64,000 nucleotides of DNA, from assembly GCA_030167865.1 (NCBI GenBank), contig JALAGF010006097.1, forward strand, positions 1 to 64,000, in the 5' to 3' direction. The translations under genes were made by a program, and so were the position numbers. Shown piece after piece: positions 1 through 11,063 of the stretch (position 1 is its first letter; every line of letters begins with the position of its first letter). The notes under the pieces were generated by a model. It was not told where the DNA came from. It did not search any database and saw only the letters and a list, made by a program, of their open reading frames with translations. Source of the DNA: Craspedostauros australis (taxonomy: Eukaryota).

Positions 1-801
1 AAACGGCGAACGGCGACGGCGGCGGCAACGGCAACAGCAAGCGTCCGGGAACGATCAGTGAGTCGAAGGTCCTGATAAACTATTAGAATCTGGGCTGATG
101 GTAACGACTGTGGATGATCAGTGTGTGTGCTAACTGTGTTGTGTAGGGAATTATGAGGCATACCTCGCTACTTTTGTTGTGTTTCGCTTTGTTCTGTTCC
201 ATCAGCGTTCGTGCACGTATTTCGATGTTTGCCTTCTCGTTTCTCTTTGCTGTTGCGTCTTGATCGCTGCTGTGTGGTCGTCGTATCTTTTGTGCTTCCG
301 ATTCATGCGATCGTAGCTCCATGTCTCCGGTTCGTGCGGTCGTGGCTCCAATATTCCGTACCAGCTGTGTCCGTCACCATGTGCGAAGCCAGCGGCGACG
401 TCTGGGCAACGAAGGCCAGAAAGGCGAGCCAGTCTCAAACGTGCTCCTCTCCGCTCTACCACACATGTCACCGCGACGACCTATACGACCTACTATGCTC
501 GTATCAATTGTAGCAGCAACTTTACGGACACATCTGCGCACACGAACGCAGAGTGGCTTGCAGAGAACGATCTATAGTAAAGTGGCACTCGGCAACAATT
601 GTGTTGCAATCTTTTGCCAACGGCAAGACTTAGATTTACGTATGAGTCAGGATGACGAAGATTTGGTGCGCACATGTTCTAAAATGATGCACGGTTTTCC
701 GCATTTTATTTCCGCCCGGAAGTGTCTGCAAAGTGGCTCACCATGGCCCTCCAGGCAGGCGGTTGATACGACTTTCCTCCGACTGCCTATTTTGTGTCGC
801 A

Positions 802-1770
802 TCATGGCAGATCTTTGTCCTTCTCCACGATCTCCGCATCGATAATGTCGGGACTGTCCTTTGTGTATCGGCTGCTGCTCTTCGCACCATTGCTGCTGCC
901 ACTAACTCTGCCATTGCCACGGGCAGTACGGCCGGGTTGCACAGTGATCACTCGGCCACCCGTCTGCACTTGAATGTTCGCAACTTCTCCATTAGTCGCT
1001 CGGACGCGCGCAACCCCCGCCGCTCTGCTGCCACGCACTGGTAGCATCAGATCCATGACGGAGGAAGTTCTGCCGTTGATGCTCGATGATGAGAAGGCTT
1101 GCGAGCTGGGAGCTCCAACACGGATCGGTTCTCCCATCGACGCTGTCACATCCGCATCCGAGATCAGGATCTGTTCGACTTGCTGCAGCACGGAGATCAA
1201 CGAATCCTGCTCGGTCTGCGCTATGTCGATCATCTTCGACGCGAGGCCCGACAAGAGCGGTGCGATGGTGCGGCCCATCATGCGGATGCCGAACGGTGCG
1301 CTGGCCAGCGCGTCGTTGATGTTAGCCTTCAATTTGGCCTTGGTTTCGGCCCGGCGTTGTGCCACGCGCTGTTCCTCCTCCGACATGAACCACTTGTTGG
1401 GGAGGAAGCGCTTGGCGACGCCCTTCACGGCGTCCTTGACGCGATCGCGCTTCCTCCTTGTGCCGCCGTCATCGTCGCCCGATGATGACCAGAATTGCCT
1501 CTTGGGCGCCCTCTGGAGATGGGAGTTCCGATCGAAAGCAGGCGCCAACCTAGAGCCGCCATGCAGTCGCCTTCTCCATTGTTCATCGTGCGCCGAACTT
1601 CGCTGAACTGCCTGAGTTTGTTGCTGCTGGCTGCTGCTCCACGATCGCAGTCCCGATGATGGGAAAGAAGGAAGCACAACGAAAGCCGCGCACCAGTGAG
1701 GCTGTGATGTCGCCAAAGCGCTCAGCAGCAGGGGTTTCGTCAAGCGATTCAGAGGTCTCATGGGGAACAT
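802..1770 (-). CDS. Probable plastid-targeted protein with a C-terminal Coa1-like (DUF1783-like) region
   Basis: In-frame ATG at 1770 within ORF 802..2163. Hydrophobic leader ending WCAAF resembles a diatom bipartite presequence. The C-terminal segment 'VTASMGEPIRVG..FSSSSINGRT...MLPVRGSRAAG' resembles Coa1-type domains. Family assignment is by eye. Confidence 0.6.
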   Translation of the reverse strand: MFPMRPLNRLTKPLLLSALATSQPHWCAAFVVLPSFPSSGLRSWSSSQQQQTQAVQRSSAHDEQWRRRLHGGSRLAPAFDRNSHLQRAPKRQFWSSSGDDDGGTRRKRDRVKDAVKGVAKRFLPNKWFMSEEEQRVAQRRAETKAKLKANINDALASAPFGIRMMGRTIAPLLSGLASKMIDIAQTEQDSLISVLQQVEQILISDADVTASMGEPIRVGAPSSQAFSSSSINGRTSSVMDLMLPVRGSRAAGVARVRATNGEVANIQVQTGGRVITVQPGRTARGNGRVSGSSNGAKSSSRYTKDSPDIIDAEIVEKDKDLP

Positions 1771-2310
1771 GAAGCTGTGCTTTGCTTTGGGGTGGGTCGG
1801 ATTGAATTGGATTGGAATAAGTTGCTTGAGTTCAGTTGAGTTGTGCTGCGATGTGCTGCGATGTGTTCGTATTGCACGGGTATTGCCTTCTCTCTCCTCT
1901 GGGATCGTTTCCTCGTTGCGAATGCTGGTTGAGTGTTGCCGGTGATGTGGGTGGATTGTTGTCATCGTGGGGTCGTCAAAGAAAAGATCACAAAAGAAAA
2001 AATCTGACAAGAATGCGGTCGATTCCACTGCAGTCGTATTCCACGTGGAACTTCGTGAGAGCAACGACCATGTTGTGACACTTGTTCTCAATTTTTTTGT
2101 TTCGCGATCCGCAACAAAACCCACCTGCGCCAACCAACAAGGAACAGCCACAGACACAGACACTGTTCATGTTCGTGCTTCTGCATCGTCAGGATCACAG
2201 CTTCGGACAGGAGGATCGTCATCACCATCATTGCCATTGTTGCCAACGTCGCTACCACCATCAATATTACCACAGCTATCGCCAACGCCGCCATCATCAA
2301 CAACAGTGCC

Positions 2311-4071
2311 ATGATATCACGGCACATCATCTTCATGGCTGCGTGCGTGTCAGTCGCGTTGCTCATCACAAGCACACCATCTGCCGCCTTTTGTGCGCGA
2401 TGGAAGTCCACACGTGATTGTTGGGGATTGGCACGGTGGGGACAACCGCACCAGGGCAACTGCGCTCCAGCTTCAACCCTGCTGCTGGCATCGTCTTCAT
2501 CTCCATCTCCATCATCGGCGAGCGCGAAATCAAGTGCGCAACCAAAGTCAACAGCAAAGCCAAGAACAACACAAACACAAACAGAGAGAAGGACACCAGC
2601 AATATCAACTCCAAACAAAGATACATCGACAAGTGCTGCTCCAATACGAAGAAAACCAAACACGCATGTGCGCAGTTTGATGCACACTATTCGATCACAT
2701 TTCGAGGATACGAACAACCGTGGTGTCTCGTCCACCAAAGCCTGGGCAGGAACAAGGACATACGTGCACTTCGCAGCGGATACCTTATCCCTCAAGCAAG
2801 CGCAAGAAGTCCTTGACTTCCTTTCATCCATTTGTCCTGCATCGACCGCAAAGAAAGTCGTTCAGTTAGCACCCACAGTTCTAACAAAGGATGTGTCCAA
2901 GTTCCTTGCACCAGCATCGGAACATTTCATCAATGTATTAGGAAATGAGGCATTCCAGAAAGAGATCGATGATGATCCTCAGCGCTGGCTGTCGAATGTG
3001 AAATCCTACAACTCCGAGTTGGCTTGGAACAAACTGGTGAGACATCTCTCCGATGACTGGGGCATATCTTCGAGAGCCATCAACAAGATCAAAGCTTCGA
3101 GGGTGGTCATGTCAACCGAATCGACAGCTAGAGTCAACGCATCTATGACCTACTTGGATTCAGTGATGGATACAGAATGGTTGGAGAAACGAAAGAAGAC
3201 GACATCCACTATCGCCGAACAGATGGTCATGCGTTGGCCAGCTGCACTCTTGTTGGACACCAATACAGTGTTGAAGCCACGCGCTGAGTATCTGATGCGA
3301 CGACTGAACATGACTGAAACAGATTTCACGGTGTTCATGAACCGACGTGGTGGAGGGACATTGGCTTGTTCGTCGGAAGACAAGATCAGACCAATGTTAG
3401 AATACCTGCAAACCATGTTGAATGAGCAGGAACTGAAGAACTGTGTGATGAGAATGCCACTCTTACTGAATATGGCTATGGAGACTTTGCAATCCAGGGT
3501 TGAGTTCTTCGATGACATCGAACGACGCCACTTCACACGTTGGTCTTCTCACACGCTGAACGTACAACAAGGAGTGGAAGAGCGATCGCTAGCAGTGTGC
3601 ATACTCACCGCTGGACCACCTGTCTTTGGTCTCGACTTCTCAACAAATGTTCAGCCCAAAATCGATTTCATCAGCAAAGTGTGGGGTGAAGCCTCATTGG
3701 TTCAGAACTTGCGCCAGCGGCCCACGCTTATGTCGATGAATGTAGAAAGCAACCTCAAACCATCGCTCGACTTTTACAATCGAACTGGCTACGTGCTCCT
3801 GTCGGACGATTGGGAAATATGCCAACAAGAGACGGCACTGTCGGTTGCGTATGTGGCTACATCGCTGAAAAGTCGATTATTGCCACGATGGTACTTCGTT
3901 CGATCGCAGAACCCTTCGTATCGCCCATCACTGAGTTCCATTTCCACGAACACAGATGCTGACTTTTGTAAGCGCGCAGGTCTTGATCTGGAACAGTATT
4001 TGGAGTTCAAGAAGGAACATGGACCAGCCCTTGAACTCCCAGATCCGTCAGATCTTCAACTCGACGAGTAG
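2311..4071 (+). CDS. mTERF-family organellar nucleic-acid-binding protein
   Basis: 586-aa ORF with a signal-like leader ending PSAAF. Repeated mTERF-like helices: RWPAALLLDTNTVLKPRAEYL, RMPLLLNMAMETLQSRVEFF, PPVFGLDFSTNVQPKIDFI, RPTLMSMNVESNLKPSLDFY and SLKSRLLPR. Confidence 0.8.
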   Translation: MISRHIIFMAACVSVALLITSTPSAAFCARWKSTRDCWGLARWGQPHQGNCAPASTLLLASSSSPSPSSASAKSSAQPKSTAKPRTTQTQTERRTPAISTPNKDTSTSAAPIRRKPNTHVRSLMHTIRSHFEDTNNRGVSSTKAWAGTRTYVHFAADTLSLKQAQEVLDFLSSICPASTAKKVVQLAPTVLTKDVSKFLAPASEHFINVLGNEAFQKEIDDDPQRWLSNVKSYNSELAWNKLVRHLSDDWGISSRAINKIKASRVVMSTESTARVNASMTYLDSVMDTEWLEKRKKTTSTIAEQMVMRWPAALLLDTNTVLKPRAEYLMRRLNMTETDFTVFMNRRGGGTLACSSEDKIRPMLEYLQTMLNEQELKNCVMRMPLLLNMAMETLQSRVEFFDDIERRHFTRWSSHTLNVQQGVEERSLAVCILTAGPPVFGLDFSTNVQPKIDFISKVWGEASLVQNLRQRPTLMSMNVESNLKPSLDFYNRTGYVLLSDDWEICQQETALSVAYVATSLKSRLLPRWYFVRSQNPSYRPSLSSISTNTDADFCKRAGLDLEQYLEFKKEHGPALELPDPSDLQLDE

Positions 4072-4374
4072 AAAGAGCATTCACTGCGATGCCTCTCCCT
4101 ACCAATATGAAGGCTATATCTCATAATGTAACGCCATTCGACGAGTGCGAGTACGAGAATGACAACCATCCGAGTGCTGTGCTGCATGAGGAGACTGCGG
4201 AGTGCACCGCTTCGTCCAACGTTTCGTCACTCTCTGACTATCAGATGCACACTCTATTGTTTGTTACTACGTGCTACTTCACTGTAGAGAGCAATGGTGC
4301 TCATATGTACGAGTACATGGTATGGTATGTACTTGTATGGCGCCACACATAAGTATTATTGCCCCCATCACCAA

Positions 4375-4968
4375 TTAGTAGAATTTGCTGGCCTTGTTGG
4401 TCAAGACTGTGAGTGCCAGCAGACGGAACACCACGAACAGCGCGATAAGCACCAGCCAGTACCAGTACGATTCATCGTCGTCGGCCTCAAGCTGGTCGAT
4501 GGTGTTCTTGCAGTTCTCGAACTCATCCTCGCAACCCTCGAACTCTTCGATCACCAACAGCCGAAGTGCGTATGTCAAGGAACAAAGGTACTGCGCCCAT
4601 CGCAACCAGGATGGGATGAGCTCTGTGGCAACGAAGAAGCCTGCGAACAGCATCTGCGGGACGAAGAGGATTGGGAGCATCTCGGTGGCCATCTCGGGAT
4701 CCTCGACTGCGCTACCGAGCGTGACTACGAATGCCGTGGATGCCATGGACAGAGCGTAGGTGATGATCAAGTACTGACCATAATCCATCTGGAAGTCGAT
4801 GAGGAAGTAGGTGATGATTGTGAGCACGAGGGTCTGGGCCAAGGTCACCATCGCCTCCATGGTGAGCCGGGACAGGAAGTAGGAAAAGACGGAGTAGTGA
4901 TTGGTCGAGTACTCGTGGAGGAAGACAGGACGCTCTGATGGGAACTGCAGCAGCACACGAAAACCCAC
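4375..4968 (-). CDS. ABCG/White-type transporter, C-terminal ABC2 membrane portion only (fragment)
   Basis: Motifs 'FPSERPVFLHEYSTNHYSVFSYFLSR' and 'PQMLFAGFFVATELIPSWLRWAQYL' plus several TM helices are typical of ABCG. No ATG start and no nucleotide-binding domain are found upstream. Confidence 0.75.
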   Translation of the reverse strand: MGFRVLLQFPSERPVFLHEYSTNHYSVFSYFLSRLTMEAMVTLAQTLVLTIITYFLIDFQMDYGQYLIITYALSMASTAFVVTLGSAVEDPEMATEMLPILFVPQMLFAGFFVATELIPSWLRWAQYLCSLTYALRLLVIEEFEGCEDEFENCKNTIDQLEADDDESYWYWLVLIALFVVFRLLALTVLTNKASKFY

Positions 4969-5632
4969 CTATTGGACTGGTGGCTTGTCTCCGGAACTCA
5001 AGCATGCGAAGTTGTGTCAAGAACAAGAGAGAGAGAGAGAGAGCGCGCGCAGGGACCAGGAGATTGAAGATTGGTGGTGATTCGATTGGAGAAGGGAGAG
5101 CGAGGCGATCGCGTTGCCATGTCAAGACAGATTGCGCAGTTGCGCATAGATATGTTTTCTCTCATGGAGGTGTGCATTCGTATTCGTCCTCCTCCTCCTC
5201 CTGCTTCATGTCAGTTTGTTGGATGAGGGAGCAACTCTTCTGGCCTTTCTTGACGTTCGCGCCATTCTTGCTTTCTGCTATGATGTCTCTTCGCATCAAG
5301 CTTGTGCTATTTTTCAGTTTGGTCGTTGGGTTCTTCGTTGCTACGCCTGGTACTCGGCGGGGGTGAATGGATTTCTCCACGACCTCTGTCTTTGTCTCTC
5401 TCTGGACACAAATAGGATATGTACGATTTTCGACACATACGACTAACTTTGGATCTTGTCGAATGGTGCCAAAATGGCGAAGTTCGTGACGCCGCAACGA
5501 AACGAATGAAGAGAACACAACAGAGATCGCAACAAAGACATGAGCACACAATCTCACACGCGCTGCGATACAAGCGAGGCTCCTCACATGGCACGCATAT
5601 CCGGCCGTTTCATCATGCCGCAGACGACCACA

Positions 5633-7249
5633 ATGAAGCTTCAGGTCCTGTTATGCACACTCGCGTTGCTGATCCTCCAACGGAGACCAGACTGCGTGTC
5701 CGCAGTATCCCGCAACGGTGACAACGATGACGCTTGCGACGCATCATCCGCCCGACCGAATCCGTACAAGACCATCCGAGATGAAGCGTCAGCCTACTCG
5801 CGGACGTTCGCGTCCACGGCATCGCGTCCCACGCAACCGAAGCAATCTGATGTCGTGCAACCCCGTAGAACGTACCCCGAAACGAATCCACACATCTGCT
5901 TGGCCTTCCTGAGCTGTTGCGGACGCACGGATCTGTTGAATCACACCATCGCCGGTGCGATACGGCACATGGAGGAGGACGAGCCGACGTCGGCGGACGG
6001 CTTGCGATACGAAATCGCGTGGGTGGACAACGGCAGCGGCGCGGACAAGACGCAGAGCATCGTTGATTCGTACCAGATCGAGCACGCGTTGACGCTGAGA
6101 GAGAACCACGGGCTGGCGTACGGGATGAACCTGCTCATCTTCGATCTGTGCACGGCACCGTACATCCTGCTGCTCGAGGAGGATTGGCTGTATCTGGATG
6201 ACATCGTGGCGATCCAGACACCGCAGCGCAAGCGTATCATATCCACGTCGGTGGCGCTGCTCGAGACCTTGCGCAAGGAGGGACGCACGGCATTCGATGG
6301 ACGCGATATCATGGGCATCTTCCTTCGGTTGGAATCCTACGAGAGCTTCCTCCATTTCCCCTTTGCGGACGTTTGGGAAGAGCAGGAGGTCGACCTTGCC
6401 AATTCATTGCCGTCGCTACCAGGGACGGGATCATGCGCGGCAGGTTCCTGCGACGATGATGCGAAAACTAAAGGTTCTGGTTCTTCTATGAAGACCTCCG
6501 TCGATTACAGAGTGTTCTGTGCTGACACGAGCCTGGGAACCAAAAACGTTTGGGGATCCTATACCAACGGGGCAGGCTTGTACCGTCGGCAGAACCTCAT
6601 GGACATCGGGCGCATGTACGGCGAACCGGGCGATCCGTTCCATGATCGGTACGTGGAGGGTAACTACGCCTACCGAGCCGCACTGCACAACTGCCATGCG
6701 ACCATCCGCGTCACCGACGACAAGTCCTGCAGCCGCGCAGACAACAAGGACTGCGTCGGCGCCTTCCATCACATCGGAGGCGGTCGCAGCACGCGGCCCA
6801 TGACGGCGGAAGGCACGCAATGCGAAGGTGAGACGTGGAACTTCTTCGACACGCCCATGTTCGACAAGTACAACAAGGTGTCCGCTCAGATGGGGCAGCC
6901 AATCCACCTGTGCTCGCCTCATGAACTCAAGGCTCTGAAGGAACGCAAATTCCGCGAGACGGACTCGCAGGCCTACCGCGACGAGGTTGCCCGTCTCAAC
7001 CGCGAAGTCTTCGAACGAGAACGTCAAGAGCGTGACAAGATCCGCACGCAGGCGGCTTTCATTCGGGAATTGTTGCGCATCGATGGCGCGCAGCTGCGGG
7101 TCAAGGTCACTTGGATGGCGAGCATGTCCGACGAAGAGATATTGCAAGCTGCCCATCGCATGGAGCGCTTGGCAGACAGCGCTCATCCCATCCCTGGATT
7201 CTGGGATAGTCACGGTCGCATCATCGGTGGCGCTTCAGGCAATCGGTGA
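5633..7249 (+). CDS. Secretory-pathway GT-A fold (GT2-like) glycosyltransferase
   Basis: Signal/anchor MKLQVLLCTLALLIL (alternative ATGs at 5588 and 5615). GT2-like motifs: LAFLSCCGRTDLL, YEIAWVDNGS, NHGLAYGMN, and APYILLLEEDW (DxD-like). Confidence 0.7.
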   Translation: MKLQVLLCTLALLILQRRPDCVSAVSRNGDNDDACDASSARPNPYKTIRDEASAYSRTFASTASRPTQPKQSDVVQPRRTYPETNPHICLAFLSCCGRTDLLNHTIAGAIRHMEEDEPTSADGLRYEIAWVDNGSGADKTQSIVDSYQIEHALTLRENHGLAYGMNLLIFDLCTAPYILLLEEDWLYLDDIVAIQTPQRKRIISTSVALLETLRKEGRTAFDGRDIMGIFLRLESYESFLHFPFADVWEEQEVDLANSLPSLPGTGSCAAGSCDDDAKTKGSGSSMKTSVDYRVFCADTSLGTKNVWGSYTNGAGLYRRQNLMDIGRMYGEPGDPFHDRYVEGNYAYRAALHNCHATIRVTDDKSCSRADNKDCVGAFHHIGGGRSTRPMTAEGTQCEGETWNFFDTPMFDKYNKVSAQMGQPIHLCSPHELKALKERKFRETDSQAYRDEVARLNREVFERERQERDKIRTQAAFIRELLRIDGAQLRVKVTWMASMSDEEILQAAHRMERLADSAHPIPGFWDSHGRIIGGASGNR

Positions 7250-8356
7250 ATGTGGGAGAGAAGAGTGGTAGATGTGATACATTGCGAGTATTATAATGAG
7301 TGAATGAATGAATGAATGAATGCGTGGATTGATTGCCCTCAATGTACTCCTTCTCTCTCTCTCTCTCTAGTCTCCGTAGGCAACACTGTTCTCGCTGTAC
7401 TGACGATGGGCAGACTGAATGGTTGATCATGGATCGTTTCCTTGGAATCTTGGGGGCAGAGTTGGTGACATTCGTTACGGTATTCTTGTCCCTACAGTGC
7501 ATTGTGCTTACCCCCTATTTGGTCGAGCTTTTCGCATCGATCACGACCATGTCTGAATTGTACCTGAATGACATCTTACTGAACGTTGAGTGTTGCTTGG
7601 TCTGTGGACTCTGTTGTTAATGAACACTCTTCGCATAATTGTGCTCATTTCGCCTCTATGTGATTGCGTTCGTACGAATGGTCACAAGGGGGCCTAAAAC
7701 GCGTTTGACGAGTAGCATTGTTGTGTGTCGAATCACTTGCTTTTCTTCTCCATTGAAATGTGTACTTAATGAAGGGGGTTCAATGGGACGTGGCTCATCG
7801 TCCCAATAGGAAGTCTAGCAATGTAATCGCGTCTTTCTTCCGCCGACGAACCATGAACGACAGAACTCCAAGTTCCAAATCGCAATGTGTCTCAGTGAAA
7901 CAGTGATCGGGTTGTTGCATTCGTTCCCGGGGCGAACTCCCACTCCTATCACAGTTCCAGACCTTGTACAGAAATGAGCGAAGAGAAAGTGTGCTCTTCC
8001 CCTTGTCATCTGCAGATTGTTCGTGCATGGCTTGGCACGGAGCCGCGAGAGGTCTCGACTCCATGGTACTCTGCTCTACCCGCCATAGGTACTCCGCTCC
8101 ACTCTTCTCGATTACCGAGAGGCAACACTGACAAGATGTGAACATCCTCATGGCCGAGCAGCTGTACCAGCCCCTCATCCGTCTTCTCTCCTCTCACAAC
8201 TCGAAATCCAAAGCATTTCAACAAACAAAAGCAATCAGAGCAATCAGAGCAATACCCGTACTCAAAGCAAATCCCTCAGCACATACTCCATCATATTATC
8301 TTGTAGAATAGAATACTATTCTATATTCTATTATTCACACCAATACGAACGAAAGC

Positions 8357-9163
8357 ATGCCGCTCAACCTCAAAGTCAAGCGCAACCCCTTCAAGGGATT
8401 GTCCACCGGAAGCAAGGCAATCAAAGAGCTGACAAAAAGGTCTGGCGAATCCATTTGCACCGAAGGAGAAAGCGATCACTCGGTGCAAAACGTCACAGTC
8501 ACAAGGAAGACAAGAGCAGCGGTCGCACGATGCGGTTGCCGTGATGTGTGCCTCGAGATCTCGGTGCCACACACAGACTACAACAACAAGGAGCAAGAGA
8601 GCTTCGTCTGCCATTGCAAGAGTTGTATGCGATTCGTCGACGCACTGCACGAGTCCCTCCAGCGCAAGGAGCACGCCACCTTCCGCAACGTGGTGGATAG
8701 ATCGACCAACTCCATCCATTACGTCAACTTTGACGACTCACACATCAGATTCAAGCGCGGGGCCGAACTGCTGGCGTTCCACAGGATCCGCGAGTCCAGC
8801 GAGACCATCCGCATGTACGCCACGTGCTGCCGATCTCCCATTGGGTACTGCAGGCTCGGTTCGTCCACCATCACGCTGTGCGGAAGCATGCTGCGTCCCA
8901 AGGTGAAGCCATCCAGTAACGAAGTTTTCTTCGTCCCGCCGACACAGTACGGAATCCATCGAACGAACGCACCGGTGGAAAGCGCATCGCATGAGGGCGA
9001 CATCCCCATGTACCCCAACTCCAAGCCCAACCGCACCAAGCAACCTGGCTTGATGACTATGTTCAAGTCGAAGCCCGACAAGAACAAGCAGCGGCGCAAT
9101 GTGCCCGTCCCGGAGGAGGATCGCATTCGCTCAGGATACACGCTCCTTAGGCGTCGCTGCTGA
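8357..9163 (+). CDS. GFA/CENP-V (Mss4-like, DUF6151-like) zinc-binding protein
   Basis: Cys pattern RCGC ... VCHCKSC ... RMYATCCRSPIG in a 268-aa ORF. Confidence 0.75.
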   Translation: MPLNLKVKRNPFKGLSTGSKAIKELTKRSGESICTEGESDHSVQNVTVTRKTRAAVARCGCRDVCLEISVPHTDYNNKEQESFVCHCKSCMRFVDALHESLQRKEHATFRNVVDRSTNSIHYVNFDDSHIRFKRGAELLAFHRIRESSETIRMYATCCRSPIGYCRLGSSTITLCGSMLRPKVKPSSNEVFFVPPTQYGIHRTNAPVESASHEGDIPMYPNSKPNRTKQPGLMTMFKSKPDKNKQRRNVPVPEEDRIRSGYTLLRRRC

Positions 9164-9602
9164 TGCACACCACCGAACGCAACAGGGGGCGTCGTGGCTC
9201 CCTTTCGTGTGATGTGGATTCACATGGTGCGTGTGGGCACACAACGATTTTGGCGCACATGTGTCATGAATACCAAGCACGTAGTACATGAACGAAATTC
9301 GTAGATTTGTAGTCTCATTAGAATAGGTACTTGTATAATCCTTACAGACACATGCACGATAAAAACGCTGAGCAACACTCTGTTTCAACCAAAGCGGCTT
9401 GTTTGATAAATGCTACGTTATGAGCGCTACTCTAGTGCGAGTTCTATCACGAAAGCACTACTCTGTTTGGCTATTTCCACTCATTCCTTGTCTTCGCCAA
9501 GTACAGCCATGAGTCCCTTACTTCAGGCGATATGTGGACTCTGTCATCGTGCGTGCGTGCTTGCGTGCATTGGGCATTCGCAGTCCATCTCGTGGTTCAA
9601 GC

Positions 9603-11063
9603 TCACCACTCCGCTGCCCTTTTCTTGGGCTTTTTCATGTCCTTACGCACCTTCGCCAACAACTTCGTACGATCATGATGCTGCTTCAACCAAGTGCCAT
9701 CTTTGTCGAGCCAGTCGTAGATCTCCATCGTCGACATCTTGCTGGCCTTGTCGTCGATGCCGCCGTTCGGTCCGTCTCTGTTGTAGTATGTGAGAAATTC
9801 CTGCAACAGCTTGGAATTCTTGGCCAGATCATGGAACCCTGGTTCGGCCAACAACTTGCGGGGGTCTTCGGACGCAAACCGGAAACATGCATCCTTCAGC
9901 GCCTCGCAACCGTTTGCATCACCAAAGAGAATCAATTCGACAACGGTGGCCTTCGACAAATGCTGCTCGATCATTTCTGCCTCGATGATGACGCGGAGTC
10001 TCCAGCAATCGAAATGATTTGCTGCCACCAGCAAACTTTTAAGATGCTTGCGATCCTTCATGTCGGGAGCGGTAACAAATGAAAAGTCTCCTGAGTAGAT
10101 GTACCGGAGGACGTACTTGACATCGATGGGATGAAAGTTTGAAAGGAGGATCGTTGTCTTCGCTGCATTCGCGGCAGGCAGCGTCGTGTCCATGTGGATG
10201 AGAACGCCGCTGTCGTCGCCGCTCTCGTCGTCCTTGTTTTCATCGGCGTCAGCTTCACTGTCACTTCCATGGAAGCTGCTGATGGTATCATCGATGCTGC
10301 TCACACCGAGAGAAGCCCTGGTCCGCGTTTCGTGCTTGATCCCAGCATGCAGCATGGTCTTGAGGGATGGTACAGTTGCAACCAAAATGGAGCTGTTGGC
10401 CTTGATTTTTTCTTGTATCGTGCCGTATCCCACGACGAACGTGACATCTGCCAGCGTGTCGTCTTCGAGAGCTTGCATTCGATCAATGTTGACATTGTTG
10501 GGAGTCGTACCGGAGAACATGCCTGCGGTGTCAAAGAGGCTCTTGTTGAGAGGCATGTCATTGAGCAAGCGTTGGAAGATGTAGTCGGTGACCTCCCCGC
10601 AACGGAACCCGCCCACCAGGTGGCGTGGTTTCAGCCCGGCGTAATCTTCAATGTGAATGTCAGCATCACACGACTCGGTGAGGTACTTGACGATCTCTAA
10701 GCGGGCGTATCTGCACGCATAGTGGAGCGGGGTCCTGCCTTTCTTGGTTTGGGTGTTGACGTGAGCCTCGCAGAATTCCACCAAATGCACCACGATGTCA
10801 AGCCAGCCATAGATGCATGCGTTGTGAAGTGGTGCAAGCAAGCGCTTGTTGAGGATGTTGCTGTTCGCCTTGCACTCTTCCGTCAAGTACGTCACGATGT
10901 CCAGATGTCCGTGGACGCACGCCCAATGCAGCGCGGTTTCGTTTCCGCCGTTAGTGATTGTGTTGACGTCAGCTTCTGGATGCTCCTCCCACCACAGCTT
11001 GACGGTGTCTAGGTTGCCGTTTTGGGCTCCTTCCAGCAACTTGCAGTGGCAAGTACTCGCCAT
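9603..11063 (-). CDS. Ankyrin-repeat BTB/POZ protein
   Basis: Ankyrin repeats (ETALHWACVHGHLDIV, APLHNACIYGWLDIV, TPLHYACRYARLEIV) precede a BTB domain (LADVTFVVG ... VLRYIYSG ... LLVAANHFDCWRLR) and BACK-like helices (ILFGDANGCEALKDAC). Confidence 0.9.
   Translation of the reverse strand: MASTCHCKLLEGAQNGNLDTVKLWWEEHPEADVNTITNGGNETALHWACVHGHLDIVTYLTEECKANSNILNKRLLAPLHNACIYGWLDIVVHLVEFCEAHVNTQTKKGRTPLHYACRYARLEIVKYLTESCDADIHIEDYAGLKPRHLVGGFRCGEVTDYIFQRLLNDMPLNKSLFDTAGMFSGTTPNNVNIDRMQALEDDTLADVTFVVGYGTIQEKIKANSSILVATVPSLKTMLHAGIKHETRTRASLGVSSIDDTISSFHGSDSEADADENKDDESGDDSGVLIHMDTTLPAANAAKTTILLSNFHPIDVKYVLRYIYSGDFSFVTAPDMKDRKHLKSLLVAANHFDCWRLRVIIEAEMIEQHLSKATVVELILFGDANGCEALKDACFRFASEDPRKLLAEPGFHDLAKNSKLLQEFLTYYNRDGPNGGIDDKASKMSTMEIYDWLDKDGTWLKQHHDRTKLLAKVRKDMKKPKKRAAEW

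Noticed and set aside
1771..2163. N-terminal 131 aa of ORF 802..2163
   Set aside because: Non-ATG start, and the sequence looks like UTR/promoter between divergent genes. The targeting leader begins at ATG 1770.
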